Of a DNA stretch of 43,534 nt, positions 25,208 to 35,776 are shown piece by piece. Location of the stretch: positions 1 to 43,534 of the IMG/VR virus record IMGVR_UViG_3300022670_000308; one strand, given 5' to 3'. The DNA is from a virus. Lineage: Duplodnaviria > Caudoviricetes. How positions within the stretch are numbered: position 1 is the stretch's first letter; each line of letters opens with the position of its first letter. The notes beneath the pieces are model-generated. The model was not told the origin of the DNA and did not search any database. It was given only the letters and a program-made list of their open reading frames with translations. A program made the translations under genes and the position numbers.

Positions 25208-27457
25208 TTACCCTTCTAAGGCATCAAGCCTCGCGGATATACCGGCCAATATAAAAATATTCAACTGGTCATATCTGAATCCGTACAAGTCCCCTTTTGC
25301 TGTAACTAACTCAGTTTTACCGGTATCAACTCTATCTTTGTATTCGTTTCCTTTATCATCAACCTTGTCAACGTATTCATAAATAGGCTTAAACTCATCC
25401 TCCCAAGAATCATGACAGATAAATCCATACTTGAATGGCTCAAGGTTGTTAGACTCCATTATTTCAATAGCTCTTTGGACCGTCATACCGACATGACTAC
25501 GTGCATCATCACCTTTTGCTTTTACAGAAGATAAGAACTTATAAATACCGATTTCTTTACCTAACTGCTTAGCTGCTGATAATTCATCTTTAGACATTGG
25601 TATAACGTCTGTCTTATGTCTAGCGTCTGATGTATTTATTGCGCCAATAGCTGCGAAGACTTCCGACCAGCGCCTAGATGCTAAACCTAAAGGCCTAGTG
25701 TTATCATCAGCAGGGTAAGTCGCTTTTAATATAGTATCGCCATCAATAGACACGTCACCTGTAAACGCGTGAGGAGTCGACCCGCCAAGCCTATATCGCT
25801 CAGTACCTTGATCACTAAAAGCCATCTCGGCAGCACTAGGCCAGAATATACCATGATTAGTTCCGCCAACTGGAAACAACCAAGGAGCAGCGGCAGACCC
25901 AAGCGTTTGAACTTGTACCTTGTCGCTAATAAGATTATCAATCCTTAACGTTTTGTGTTGATCTACGCCAGATAAGTTATAAATAGTTGTGCTAGTTGAG
26001 CTATTTGTTCCTGCTGGCGCTATATTGAAGTCACCCTGTATCCAGCAGTCAGTTACGCTTGCATCAATGTTATAACCTTCTGCTGGAGTCATCGCGGTGT
26101 TTGGCCCTGACTCATCCATCACACCTCTGAACTGCTGCGTTGATGTCCGAAACTCAAGTCGAATGAACGCCATAATAGGGAATTTTGCTGTAGTATCTTG
26201 GAATGATCCATCGATAAACATAGCACTGAAATCGTTTTCTGCTGTAGAACCTTCTAGTCTAGTAGCATCATCCCAGTTAACTCCGTAATTCGTCCCTTCT
26301 GCATCAGCTATCAATGGTGCATAAGTATGAATACCAAACTCACCAATACGTCTAAAATAAAGTCGTGATGATATTGTGGCATTTACTGAAGCTGTTAGTA
26401 GATACGCCTCTTTCACATCTTCAAAGAGTACATTATCTACGATGTTAAAAAATACAGAGCCGTTTGCGCTAGGGTTTTTATTAAAGTCACCCAGGTTAAG
26501 CATCATTAAACCAATGGTATCAGTAGTGCCGAACGTGCCAGAAGTACCAAAAGGGTCATTACCTATAATTCTAAAATTACCGACTCGATTGTATTGTATT
26601 GCATCATCATCTGTAACTAGTGCATGTCCTATTTTTACCACACCTTGATCGGCTGCTACGCCTGAATCTAGAGTTATGATAGATGAAAAATCAGTTCCTT
26701 GAAAACTACCTCTTTCACCTTTTACCCTGACCGCTGGAGATACAGCGCCTGATATAATAGTATTCTGACTCATTTTCAATCGCTCAAAATCTTCTATTAA
26801 TAAAGATGCTGAAACGTTATATTTTTTATTTCCAGATAATCTAACTTCTTTTAAAGTTGCTAACGCTAAAGTTATAGCCGCTAAACTGTCAGAGCCATCG
26901 CCTTTGGCTCCCCATTGATCTGCAAAAACAACGTCCTTTTCTTCTAGCACTAATGCTAAAGTAGGAACGCCAGTACAAGTTACTATATTTCCTATTGCTG
27001 GCTCTCCAACACTAGGGGTTACGCTGGAGAGTAAAACAACCTCCCAATTAGAACCGCCATCATTACCCGTTGTTCTCTCTTTTATTTTTACAGTATCACC
27101 ACCATTTTCAGCAGTAAGCCCTTCATCTTCAATAGCTAAAGCTAGTGTGTCGAAGTTTTTAACGAATGCACTTTCAGACGTTAAGACAAATGACGTTACC
27201 GGGTCGCCTTCCCATTTCTGTACGTCGTCCTTATCCTTAAGGATAACTTTAAACGTTCCGCTGAAAAATATGTCAGGGAAAACACCTTTTGCATCTGCAA
27301 TAACTGGATTGCTGTTGGCCGTGGTGCCGTCAGGACAGTTAAACGTGTCTTTTGGCACGCCGGTGCCTGTATCGAAAAAGAACAGCTTGGCGCCGTCACT
27401 TGGCTTTATTCCGCTGCCAACGTCTGCAAAGGGTAAAACGAATCTTGATAAAGCCAT
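25208..27457 (-). CDS. Tailspike with C-terminal intramolecular chaperone (peptidase S74)
   Basis: N-terminal particle-binding region (NSNPVIADAKG), WGAKGDG beta-helix start, TSDARHKT cleavage motif, YGFRYDQL. Confidence 0.88.
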   Translation of the reverse strand: MALSRFVLPFADVGSGIKPSDGAKLFFFDTGTGVPKDTFNCPDGTTANSNPVIADAKGVFPDIFFSGTFKVILKDKDDVQKWEGDPVTSFVLTSESAFVKNFDTLALAIEDEGLTAENGGDTVKIKERTTGNDGGSNWEVVLLSSVTPSVGEPAIGNIVTCTGVPTLALVLEEKDVVFADQWGAKGDGSDSLAAITLALATLKEVRLSGNKKYNVSASLLIEDFERLKMSQNTIISGAVSPAVRVKGERGSFQGTDFSSIITLDSGVAADQGVVKIGHALVTDDDAIQYNRVGNFRIIGNDPFGTSGTFGTTDTIGLMMLNLGDFNKNPSANGSVFFNIVDNVLFEDVKEAYLLTASVNATISSRLYFRRIGEFGIHTYAPLIADAEGTNYGVNWDDATRLEGSTAENDFSAMFIDGSFQDTTAKFPIMAFIRLEFRTSTQQFRGVMDESGPNTAMTPAEGYNIDASVTDCWIQGDFNIAPAGTNSSTSTTIYNLSGVDQHKTLRIDNLISDKVQVQTLGSAAAPWLFPVGGTNHGIFWPSAAEMAFSDQGTERYRLGGSTPHAFTGDVSIDGDTILKATYPADDNTRPLGLASRRWSEVFAAIGAINTSDARHKTDVIPMSKDELSAAKQLGKEIGIYKFLSSVKAKGDDARSHVGMTVQRAIEIMESNNLEPFKYGFICHDSWEDEFKPIYEYVDKVDDKGNEYKDRVDTGKTELVTAKGDLYGFRYDQLNIFILAGISARLDALEG

Positions 27458-29721
27458 TATTGTTGTTCCTTGTCTAAGTCTCTAATTTCTAAGAATGCCA
27501 ATGCTTTAGCGGCTTTGACTAGTTGTGATCTGTTCATTTTCGGGTTGTCTGCTTTTAGCCTAGTTATCTTAGTGTTAACTATTCCGTCTAAGGTTTTATT
27601 TCGCGCCGCTATGTCCTTGCCTTTTTTTGCTGTCTCAACGGCTAATGAACCAAAGTTAAACTGGCCAAACCCGGCAACATTCCCTAATCGCTCAGTGATA
27701 TTAAGCAACCGGTTAAAAGTGCCGCTTGGGTTTGTTGTTCCTGGCGGTGGGATGGTTGCCGTACCAATAACTTTTTGCAGTTGCATTAATTCAGAAAATT
27801 GTTTGCGGCCTAATAATTCCTTTAGCGCTTCTGGTCTGAATTTCTTAATTGCAGAATTTAACCTTGCGCCTGATATTTCTAACGTGTCCTTGTTTATAGC
27901 CTGGGCCAGTATTTCACCAACTGATTCAGCCTGTATTGATCGCCAAGCGCTTTTAGATTGCTCAGTAGGATTGGTTAGTAATATCTGTTTAACCTTGCGT
28001 ATATTAGTTATAGCCTTGTCACCTTTAGCAATCTTGCTTATGACTGTTTCAGGATCAACAACCGCCGTCCTTGTTCCTTTCTTAAAGCCAACCAGGTCTT
28101 GAACAACGTCTTTAGCGCTAAAGGTTGTTTTCTGCTGCGCCGCTGCTTGCCTGGCTGTTTTGAACGCTGTTGTTCTTCCGGTTTCTGCGCCCTGCTCGAT
28201 AACCTTTAAAACCTGATCATCAAGTTCACCTACGACAATTTTCGCACTGCCTGTTTGATCTGCACCTACCGCCTTGTTCAAGGCCTTTCTAAACTCTTCG
28301 GCGTTGGACAAGGTTAGTGGGGTAACATCACCGGTAATAGTTATCGTTTGATCGCCATCTAAAACCTTGAATTTGTTGCGGGTAGACTTTTCTACAGAAT
28401 CACCAATCAGCCCAAACTTGGCAAGCGCAGTGTTAATGGACTTTTCAACTTCTGGCGTTATTGGCCGGTTAACAATTATATCGTCGGCAATTTCAACTAT
28501 TGAATCATTATTGAGTGGCACCGCTTCGCCTGCCGTTTCCGCTGCCTCCGTGTATAGCGCTGAAACTTCTTTGCGGCCTAACTCTTGAGTTGTACGTAAT
28601 GCTGATTGTATTGATTCGCCTTTATCGCGCGCGGTAATGTCGGCAACTTCGCCTTGTGCCTGTTTTAGTCTGGCAGAACCACCAAACTGTTCGGTGAATG
28701 CCTCGGCAGCACCTTTTAACTGCTCTTGCTGTTGGTCAATAAATTGACGCGCTTGCTCGCCTTCTGGTGATAAAGACTTTAATAGTGTTTGCTCTGCTTC
28801 TGCCGGGCCAAACTGTTGTAAAGCTTGCGCCCTGGTAAGTTGTACACCTTGTTGCTCTGCCTGTCTGATACTAGCCAATGCTGCCGGTGTTAAACCCGCC
28901 TGTGTTGCTTTCTGTAATGTCGCTCCGGTTTCTGATGGCTTTGGCTGTTTAGCTCCGAACTGTTTACTTACTGTACCTTGTGATTCAAAGCTTTTAAGTA
29001 TCAAATCAGGGTCAATGCTTGCATCCTTTTTCAATACATCACGAATGCCCCTCCCTGTAGCTTTGGCAATATCAAAGGCTTTATCAAGCAAGCCTGCCGT
29101 TACTGTATCAATGGCAACCTGTGAAAAATCAAATTCTCCACCAGAAAGAGCCTGTAGCGCTTCAATTCCCGCGCTAGTGGCACCAGCCGCCACGCCAGTT
29201 TTAACGGCACCAGCAATACGCCCAGCAGGAGTAAACGCCGCAGCAATACCAAGACCTTGTAAAATATCTAATTGGCTAACACCAGGCTGATTTAATACAA
29301 CCCTAACGCCGGTCTTGTTGTTGTTAGCGATCAAGTTTCCTTTTTCATCAGATGTTATGCCAATATTTTCAAAGTTGCTCGATAGTATTTGGCCTAACTC
29401 GTTTGGATCGGTTGCCGATAACAAAGCCGGTGTTATTGCTTTGCCTATGGTTTCGTCTTCACCAGATAGCAAACCGCCCTGGCCAAGCTCTGGCAATTCC
29501 TGCGTTGCTCTGGTTTGTCTATCGCTGCCAGTGAAAAACTCGCCAATAGAATCTAATATACCTGGCTCTGCTACTGACTGCTGTTGCTGAGGAGCCCCAC
29601 CAGCACTAGGTACGCCCAAACCACCGCTATCAATACCAGCATTTTGCACCTCTCTTGATTCAAGTTCACGTAATCGCTTTATTTTCCTAAGTCGATCTAG
29701 CTCTTGTCTTTCATCGGCCAT
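27457..29721 (-). CDS. DNA ejection (internal virion) protein
   Basis: 754-aa helical A/Q/K-rich protein at the P22 gp16 position. Confidence 0.7.
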   Translation of the reverse strand: MADERQELDRLRKIKRLRELESREVQNAGIDSGGLGVPSAGGAPQQQQSVAEPGILDSIGEFFTGSDRQTRATQELPELGQGGLLSGEDETIGKAITPALLSATDPNELGQILSSNFENIGITSDEKGNLIANNNKTGVRVVLNQPGVSQLDILQGLGIAAAFTPAGRIAGAVKTGVAAGATSAGIEALQALSGGEFDFSQVAIDTVTAGLLDKAFDIAKATGRGIRDVLKKDASIDPDLILKSFESQGTVSKQFGAKQPKPSETGATLQKATQAGLTPAALASIRQAEQQGVQLTRAQALQQFGPAEAEQTLLKSLSPEGEQARQFIDQQQEQLKGAAEAFTEQFGGSARLKQAQGEVADITARDKGESIQSALRTTQELGRKEVSALYTEAAETAGEAVPLNNDSIVEIADDIIVNRPITPEVEKSINTALAKFGLIGDSVEKSTRNKFKVLDGDQTITITGDVTPLTLSNAEEFRKALNKAVGADQTGSAKIVVGELDDQVLKVIEQGAETGRTTAFKTARQAAAQQKTTFSAKDVVQDLVGFKKGTRTAVVDPETVISKIAKGDKAITNIRKVKQILLTNPTEQSKSAWRSIQAESVGEILAQAINKDTLEISGARLNSAIKKFRPEALKELLGRKQFSELMQLQKVIGTATIPPPGTTNPSGTFNRLLNITERLGNVAGFGQFNFGSLAVETAKKGKDIAARNKTLDGIVNTKITRLKADNPKMNRSQLVKAAKALAFLEIRDLDKEQQ

Positions 29722-30752
29722 TATTGTTGTCCTAGCTCTGCGCGAAGTTGCGCTAACTCTGATTGCTCTGCCTTGCTTAGTGCGCCGGTATTACTTTTAT
29801 TCTGAACATCAAAAACCCCTTTAGATTGATTTCTAAGGTTTTCAAAAGTTCTTTTCCGCCCTAATGATTTTTGTTTTAGCACTGCTGGCTTATCACCAAC
29901 TTGCGGGAAAAACTTTTTGTCTTCGTTTGCGAATTCATCTTTCCCTATGGCTGCGCCAGACTCTTTGCGTAAGATGGCAGTGATAAAATCACGCTTTGAT
30001 TGGGCGTACCTTTGTTCGTTTTCTGATAACGCCAGATTACCACCCGGTAAAGCCTCGAAAATAGCTGTTTGTATTGAAGTCGGATCAAAGCCCGGTGTAT
30101 TTTCTAATGCAGTTAAATTTTCATTAGCTGATTGAACTCGGACGGCAAAGCTAGCTGATGCCAACTGGCCTTCATTGGCCTTATTTAAAATTTGCTGATC
30201 ACTTGGCTTTAATGATGGGTCAGTCCTTGATCCTTGAGTTATTTCTCTTGCTCTTGCTTGTCCTTGTGGTGTAAATGGATCTAAACCTTCAGCCGCTACT
30301 TTTTGCTGTAGAGAGCTTAGATTTTTAACCGGCGCTGCTTTAATTATACCCTGCCTTTCACCTTGAGATATGATGTTGTCGATACCCTGATTAAGTTCTG
30401 CAAAATTACCTTGTTGCGCAAGCAATATCCCGGCGTCTGTATCTGCTGAATCAGCGCCAGGTGCCAACCCTGCTTTTTGCTGCAATAGTGCATCAAGTTT
30501 TTGTGCGTCTGGAATGTCTTTTAATCGCAAAGCTGAGTTAACAAAAGATAAATTCTTTTGTTCGTCAGAGCGCTGATCAATCTGTTGCTGTAAAGCTTGT
30601 TGTTGCAACCCGCCAGTTGTTAATTGCTGTTGCTGTCGTTGTAATGCCAATTGATTCTGCTGTGCTTGCATAGGCGCTTGTTGTTCCTGCTGCCTTAACT
30701 GCAATCCTCGCTGTATCGCGGCTGGTACATCTATCGTTAAACCGTTAGCCAT
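29721..30752 (-). CDS. DNA ejection protein
   Basis: Q-rich N-terminus; LRKESGAAIGKDE...FFPQVGD; P22 gp20 position. Confidence 0.7.
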   Translation of the reverse strand: MANGLTIDVPAAIQRGLQLRQQEQQAPMQAQQNQLALQRQQQQLTTGGLQQQALQQQIDQRSDEQKNLSFVNSALRLKDIPDAQKLDALLQQKAGLAPGADSADTDAGILLAQQGNFAELNQGIDNIISQGERQGIIKAAPVKNLSSLQQKVAAEGLDPFTPQGQARAREITQGSRTDPSLKPSDQQILNKANEGQLASASFAVRVQSANENLTALENTPGFDPTSIQTAIFEALPGGNLALSENEQRYAQSKRDFITAILRKESGAAIGKDEFANEDKKFFPQVGDKPAVLKQKSLGRKRTFENLRNQSKGVFDVQNKSNTGALSKAEQSELAQLRAELGQQ

Positions 30753-30762
30753 TTTATTGTCC

Positions 30763-31629
30763 TTATCGTGGTGGAAAGTTGGCGAATGGGTTTGTTATCG
30801 CTGGCGGTGGTGGCTGAGGTGAAAATAATCCGCTAGCCGCCGCGCCCGTAAATACACCACCAAGACCTGATTGTAGCGCTTGATTCTGTCCGGCTATGCC
30901 TGATGCCCTGGCTTGACCGCCCTGTATGGCAAGGTTTCCAATGTTTGCCGCTGACGCCTGCCCGAACTGGCCTTGTCTTGCCGCTGTATTGATTGCGCCA
31001 GAACCAGTTAACTGACCCGCTGTAAATTGCGTTTGACCAAGATTTGCACCGGTAGTTAATGCGCCTTGCCCGATGTTTGTTGCCGCTGCTTGGCCACCGG
31101 TTCTTAAATCTCCCAATTGAGCAAATCTAGTATTGAAGTTTTGCGCGTTGAACCCAGCCCTTAACCTTTCAAGCTCTGCCTTTACTCCGCCACCGCCAAG
31201 GTTTCCAGTTGCACCGGCAGTACGTAACGCTCTTTTTTCCTCTTGCTCTCTTGCGAACTTTCCGCCTGCCGTTTCCACTCTTGATAGTGCCTGACCTTGC
31301 TCTTCTGCTGTGCCTGTCTGACCAAGCAATAGTTGCTGTTGCTCTAAAGCGCTAACACCAGCCCTAGAAAATGGCTGCAGCTCTCTGCGCTGTATGCCAA
31401 GCCCTTCACGAAGTGCGGCAGTACTTCCGACTCTGCCTCTTTCGATTGCTAGCCTGTTAGCTTCTTCAGCTGCAGTTAGTTGTCCCGTGGTTATATCAAA
31501 CTGCCTGCGAGTCTCTGCCGTTGCAGTGTCAACGCCTGCTTGCTGTGCTGCCGCTTGCTGCCCTGCCGCCCTAGAACCTAGCACACCAGATACGATAGAC
31601 CCGCCAATTATTGCTGCGCCTATTCCCAT
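30763..31629 (-). CDS. DNA ejection/pilot protein (P22 gp7-like)
   Basis: G/A/Q-rich with hydrophobic N-terminus. Confidence 0.75.
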   Translation of the reverse strand: MGIGAAIIGGSIVSGVLGSRAAGQQAAAQQAGVDTATAETRRQFDITTGQLTAAEEANRLAIERGRVGSTAALREGLGIQRRELQPFSRAGVSALEQQQLLLGQTGTAEEQGQALSRVETAGGKFAREQEEKRALRTAGATGNLGGGGVKAELERLRAGFNAQNFNTRFAQLGDLRTGGQAAATNIGQGALTTGANLGQTQFTAGQLTGSGAINTAARQGQFGQASAANIGNLAIQGGQARASGIAGQNQALQSGLGGVFTGAAASGLFSPQPPPPAITNPFANFPPR

Positions 31630-31997
31630 AATTTCACCTCAAAATAAACGTTTTCTGAATCTCGTTTGTATTCTTTCATTCCGATCTTTCTGGCCAGGTT
31701 TGCGATCTTACCTTCTGGCCCGTTACTTATGATTCTTTCGGCGCCATAACTAAACAGAAACTTCAACACTTCTTTAGACAGCATTCTGCATTTTATAATG
31801 CTGTCTTTCTTGCATGCTATATGCACTTCGCAAGTTTTATTTTTATTCATCCAAAATACAAACATCATTTTTTTACGGTCTTGCTCTACAATCCACGGTT
31901 GATAAATTAACCTCTCTGTTTTCAATCCTATTCTGCCAGCGTTTTGAGGCTCATTTAATATTTCTATTGCCTCATCTTGCGAGCAAAGGCGTATCAT
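31620..31997 (-). CDS. GNAT-like virion assembly protein (P22 gp14-like)
   Basis: CEVH and NLARKIGM motifs; synteny. Confidence 0.6.
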   Translation of the reverse strand: MIRLCSQDEAIEILNEPQNAGRIGLKTERLIYQPWIVEQDRKKMMFVFWMNKNKTCEVHIACKKDSIIKCRMLSKEVLKFLFSYGAERIISNGPEGKIANLARKIGMKEYKRDSENVYFEVKLWE

Positions 31998-32335
31998 ACA
32001 AATTCAATTCCAGATCCACGAACTGCAATAGATGAAACTGCCGACGCCAAAGCTTGAATAGTGCCGCCTGCAGGAACTAATTGGTTAATGATTGCAATTG
32101 GCGAGTCATCCTCACCAGCATCTAGGCCAAATGCTTTAACTAGTCTGTTTGTTGCGTCTGCTGATCCGCCGCTAGGCACAATGTGCAAGTTAAACGTTTG
32201 AGGCGCGGCGTTATCGTTGGTTAATGCAAAGGCTACAACCCTCGTTCCTTTACCGTTAACTGGTGCCGTGTAAAGTGTTGATATGGATGTACCAAGTACA
32301 ACCCCGTCAACCAATGTTTTATTTGTTGCTGCCAT
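31994..32335 (-). CDS. Putative virion structural protein
   Basis: Beta-rich, TLYTAP...SGIE; in the tail module. Confidence 0.6.
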   Translation of the reverse strand: MAATNKTLVDGVVLGTSISTLYTAPVNGKGTRVVAFALTNDNAAPQTFNLHIVPSGGSADATNRLVKAFGLDAGEDDSPIAIINQLVPAGGTIQALASAVSSIAVRGSGIEFV

Positions 32336-32388
32336 TTTTTAAACCTTAACTTTTTGTTAAAAATAACACGAAACAGCTTGAATTTATA

Positions 32389-33108
32389 TTAAGCTATTAG
32401 GCCGTGAGCTCTTGCTCTTGCTAGTAATGCATTCAATTGAGATGTTGCAGATCCTAGCGTGCCATCAGCATCAGTTACGGCTGCGCCTTGGTTGCTAACT
32501 ACTTGTGTGCCGTCCACGGAATAAGCACCGGATGTATTTACATTTGTTAATGTTCCAACCGACGTTAGGCTTGATGCCGTTACGCCTGCGCCTAAAGTGG
32601 TACTACTCAAAACAACACTACCATTTATTTTGTATGTACTAAAAGCCAGCAGGTCAATCCCTGCACTATCCCATGTTCCCGATGCTGCTGTGAAGGTGCC
32701 TGAGACTGATGCTGTAGTAATCACCGCTGATTTAATGGTTAGTTTATCGTATTTTGTTTTGTAAAACGGTGCTTTAGTATCGTTGCTTAATTCGTCTAAT
32801 CTTTTATTTAATGCGCTGATTTGTGCGCTAATGTTTGTTACGCTTTCAAGTTGTTCAATGCGTTTTTTTAGCCTCTGAACCTCTGCGTTATTATTTGGAG
32901 ATAAGTCGTTTTGTAGCTCTTTAACCGCTTTGTTTATAGATGATATTGCACCTACCGACAAATTAACACTAGACGGATCGGCTTCGTTTGCTGCTGTGGA
33001 CTCATTGACCTGTGATGCTACCTGCTCTAGGTATTCCAAAAACCTCAAAAGACCAACGCCACCTTGTGTAAGTGTTTCGCTTCTGCGTGGCGGTATAATA
33101 TCAGCCAT
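32389..33108 (-). CDS. Tail needle/fibre-like protein
   Basis: N-terminal coiled coil, SSLTSVGTL repeat-type motif, C-terminal RAHGLI; P22 gp26 position. Confidence 0.6.
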   Translation of the reverse strand: MADIIPPRRSETLTQGGVGLLRFLEYLEQVASQVNESTAANEADPSSVNLSVGAISSINKAVKELQNDLSPNNNAEVQRLKKRIEQLESVTNISAQISALNKRLDELSNDTKAPFYKTKYDKLTIKSAVITTASVSGTFTAASGTWDSAGIDLLAFSTYKINGSVVLSSTTLGAGVTASSLTSVGTLTNVNTSGAYSVDGTQVVSNQGAAVTDADGTLGSATSQLNALLARARAHGLIA

Positions 33109-34571
33109 TATTGAACGCCCACCTCAGCAGTTGCAGCAAGCCTTAGCAAATTGGCCTTAACCGGATCAGTGATCGTATTTCTTATCGTGCGCGATACTGG
33201 TATGCGGCCTTGTCTGTGCCATATTGCCCTATGCTCGTACTTGCCTATCTTACCGATTGACCTACTAAACTCTGAAGAAAAAGTACGTGCACCATCGTCT
33301 GAAAAATCCATCCTGACTTTTGGATCTGCGCCTTGGCCAGTTGTGGTGCCAACGCCTGACTCATAGGTCGCTTCAAATTCTCCGGCAAATATTGGCAAGC
33401 CTTCCTGACTAAATGGCTGGCTTGACCATGTTCTAAACATTATCTCGCCATAATTATCAACGGTATTGCTATCTATCTCGCCAATGATACCTGTTGTTAA
33501 ATCGCTAACTAACAACTTACCGTAAGCTTGCACGATAGCAGCAACAGCCCATCGATTGCCGGTAATGCTAACGCCTTCCTGTAGCTCAAACCATACCTTA
33601 ACGCCACTTAGAGCTGATGCAGTGGCATTGTAAACGAATGTGCGTGAAGGAATGCGATCAGACTCAAACGTGAATATGGCGAAGAATTGCCCATGCTCTG
33701 CGTAAGTCATGGCGAAGCTGCTTTCTATCTCTTGCGTGTTGAATTTCTGTATTGCATTATCAATTGCATCGGTTGATATTTTAGATGCGCTGGCGCTACT
33801 GGTTACTTTCCAAATTGCTGATTGTTCATTTAAACCACCACCAACAAAGCAGAATGAGTTATCAAACTCGACCAGTGAAAACTTAGCGTGGCAGCCCTTT
33901 TGTATGTTTGCGCCTTCAATTCTCTGGAATGAGAATTCTAAAGAATTGGTGCTTTGGAATAATTCAAATGTAAGTGAACCAGCAACAAATAATTCATTGT
34001 GATTTACGTGAGTGGTCACTATTCGATCAGGGTTTATCTCTGCCGTGCCAAAATCCAACGCGTTAATCGAAAAAGGGTTATTTAGCTCAGAATGAAATAC
34101 TACGGTTCCGTCTGATGATGTAAACACAAAGAAACCAGCCTTAAATGACACCGTGTCGGATGTTATAAAATCAGGATCTGTTATCTGCGTTATTGTGTTG
34201 GCCTGGTTATCAAACACAAAAGCGTTACTGCCCGGTATAACGATAACCAAGAATTTACCGTTGTTTGCTATCGACACGCGACCACTGCCCGGTATTGCTC
34301 CGTGGTTTGTTATAACCCCGGTAACTGATACGGAAACAAGGCTATTGCCATTAACAAAATACGGTATGCCTTTCATCTCCTGACCACCGCGACCACCAGG
34401 CACCAAAGAATCAGCAAATTGCTTTAACCCGGCAACCTGAAATAGGGCCCGGTTATTAAGTGCCGCTCCTTCTGGTATTAACGGGATCATGTTTACGCAC
34501 CGGTTAGCAGCAAAAGGGCGGCTTGGCGATTGGTAAAAACCTAAAGGGATTGGGATCGGGGTTCTAGGCAT
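33108..34571 (-). CDS. Head-closure/DNA stabilisation protein (P22 gp10-like)
   Basis: AEINPD, SDDGARTFS..., GKIGKY..RAIW..QG motifs. Confidence 0.85.
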   Translation of the reverse strand: MPRTPIPIPLGFYQSPSRPFAANRCVNMIPLIPEGAALNNRALFQVAGLKQFADSLVPGGRGGQEMKGIPYFVNGNSLVSVSVTGVITNHGAIPGSGRVSIANNGKFLVIVIPGSNAFVFDNQANTITQITDPDFITSDTVSFKAGFFVFTSSDGTVVFHSELNNPFSINALDFGTAEINPDRIVTTHVNHNELFVAGSLTFELFQSTNSLEFSFQRIEGANIQKGCHAKFSLVEFDNSFCFVGGGLNEQSAIWKVTSSASASKISTDAIDNAIQKFNTQEIESSFAMTYAEHGQFFAIFTFESDRIPSRTFVYNATASALSGVKVWFELQEGVSITGNRWAVAAIVQAYGKLLVSDLTTGIIGEIDSNTVDNYGEIMFRTWSSQPFSQEGLPIFAGEFEATYESGVGTTTGQGADPKVRMDFSDDGARTFSSEFSRSIGKIGKYEHRAIWHRQGRIPVSRTIRNTITDPVKANLLRLAATAEVGVQ

Positions 34572-35515
34572 TAGTTAAAGTCCGGTTGTAAATTCAAGCT
34601 TGTCATTTCTTCATCCCAACCTAGCAAGTCATCCAAAAATTGCGCGGCGTCATCCCTTATCAATTGAATCTTGGCTGGTGGCGCATTATAATCACTCGAC
34701 AGCCTTGATGCTAAGTTGTAAATAATCGCTTCAAGCCATTCAACAGGAAAGTCCAAGGTATCGTCGCTAATCAATATATCCTCTAACTGGCGTTCAAATG
34801 TAAACAATAGTAAATCGTTAACGTTGCTTGCTGTTTGCCATACGTACATACGGCCATTGTTTAATTGTGGCGAGTAATAGCAATTTACCACTGTGCCCTG
34901 TGAGTTTTTATTGACTTGGTTAAAATACTCTTGTCTGCTCCAAGTGATTACCGGGATCTCATTGTCCTGAGCGAATGTTTTTCGTCTGCATGACAATGTT
35001 CTTTGTGGTCTTTCAATCAAGTTGGTGAATTTAAATACTGTACTGTCGATCTTTGATGCAGATGGCAACCCGTCATTGACTGTTATTTGCGTTGCGCTAT
35101 CTACGCTAAATATTGTTGTCCAGTGCCTGGTGTTGTCATCGAGTTCAATTCCTACGGTGTCAAACTGAGCCATGTTTGCGGTAGATACGACTTGTATAAT
35201 TACGTCAGTTGCCACTTGTGCAGTTGTTGTTGTGGTACTTATAAAGTCATCGGCGCGGCATGCTTCGTCACCAGTCGGACCTAAGTTGTAATTTGTTTTA
35301 CCAGCATCAAGAAATAAAACACCTTCATCTTTAGCCCATAAATGCAAACCTTGCGCAGCCCATGACTTGATCATTAGGTTTAAAGCGTCAAGGCCATCTT
35401 GAATTTGCTCCGCCTGCAATTCTTGTTCAGCAATCTTAACGCCTATTTTACCAAAGGCCTTGTTGATAACCGTTGTTGCGCCCATGGTGAACGATGTAGT
35501 GCCGCTTGTAGCCAT
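34571..35515 (-). CDS. Head-tail adaptor/tail tubular protein
   Basis: MATSGTTSF...LNLMIKSW...GLHLW and DFPVEWLEAI.Y.LA. Confidence 0.75.
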   Translation of the reverse strand: MATSGTTSFTMGATTVINKAFGKIGVKIAEQELQAEQIQDGLDALNLMIKSWAAQGLHLWAKDEGVLFLDAGKTNYNLGPTGDEACRADDFISTTTTTAQVATDVIIQVVSTANMAQFDTVGIELDDNTRHWTTIFSVDSATQITVNDGLPSASKIDSTVFKFTNLIERPQRTLSCRRKTFAQDNEIPVITWSRQEYFNQVNKNSQGTVVNCYYSPQLNNGRMYVWQTASNVNDLLLFTFERQLEDILISDDTLDFPVEWLEAIIYNLASRLSSDYNAPPAKIQLIRDDAAQFLDDLLGWDEEMTSLNLQPDFN

Positions 35516-35775
35516 TATAAATCGTCCTGTGTGATTTGTGCAGGGAACTGATCATCAGGTCGCAACCTAACGTTTGTTACTGACTGATCGTCTTCGCGCG
35601 CTTTGATCTTTAACTGAGGGTGCGCAGGGTTCCATTCAGATATATGAACAAGTAAACCGGCCTGTTCACCGGTCAACTTTCGCATTTCTGATGCGGGGAA
35701 TTTAAAGCCTGATATGTCGCTGATTACCCAGTGATCGCCAAGAATTAAGTTTTTCCTGCGGTTATGATTGCCCAC
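35515..35775 (-). CDS. Conserved virion-module protein
   Basis: SDISGFKF...HPQL...RP pattern. Confidence 0.65.
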   Translation of the reverse strand: MGNHNRRKNLILGDHWVISDISGFKFPASEMRKLTGEQAGLLVHISEWNPAHPQLKIKAREDDQSVTNVRLRPDDQFPAQITQDDL

Positions 35776-35776
35776 T

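Noticed and set aside
27470-29590. Long plus-strand ORFs (for example 27470..28102) opposite the ejection genes, and similar shadow ORFs elsewhere
   Set aside because: They are antisense shadows of well-supported minus-strand genes, with no RBS or protein motifs.
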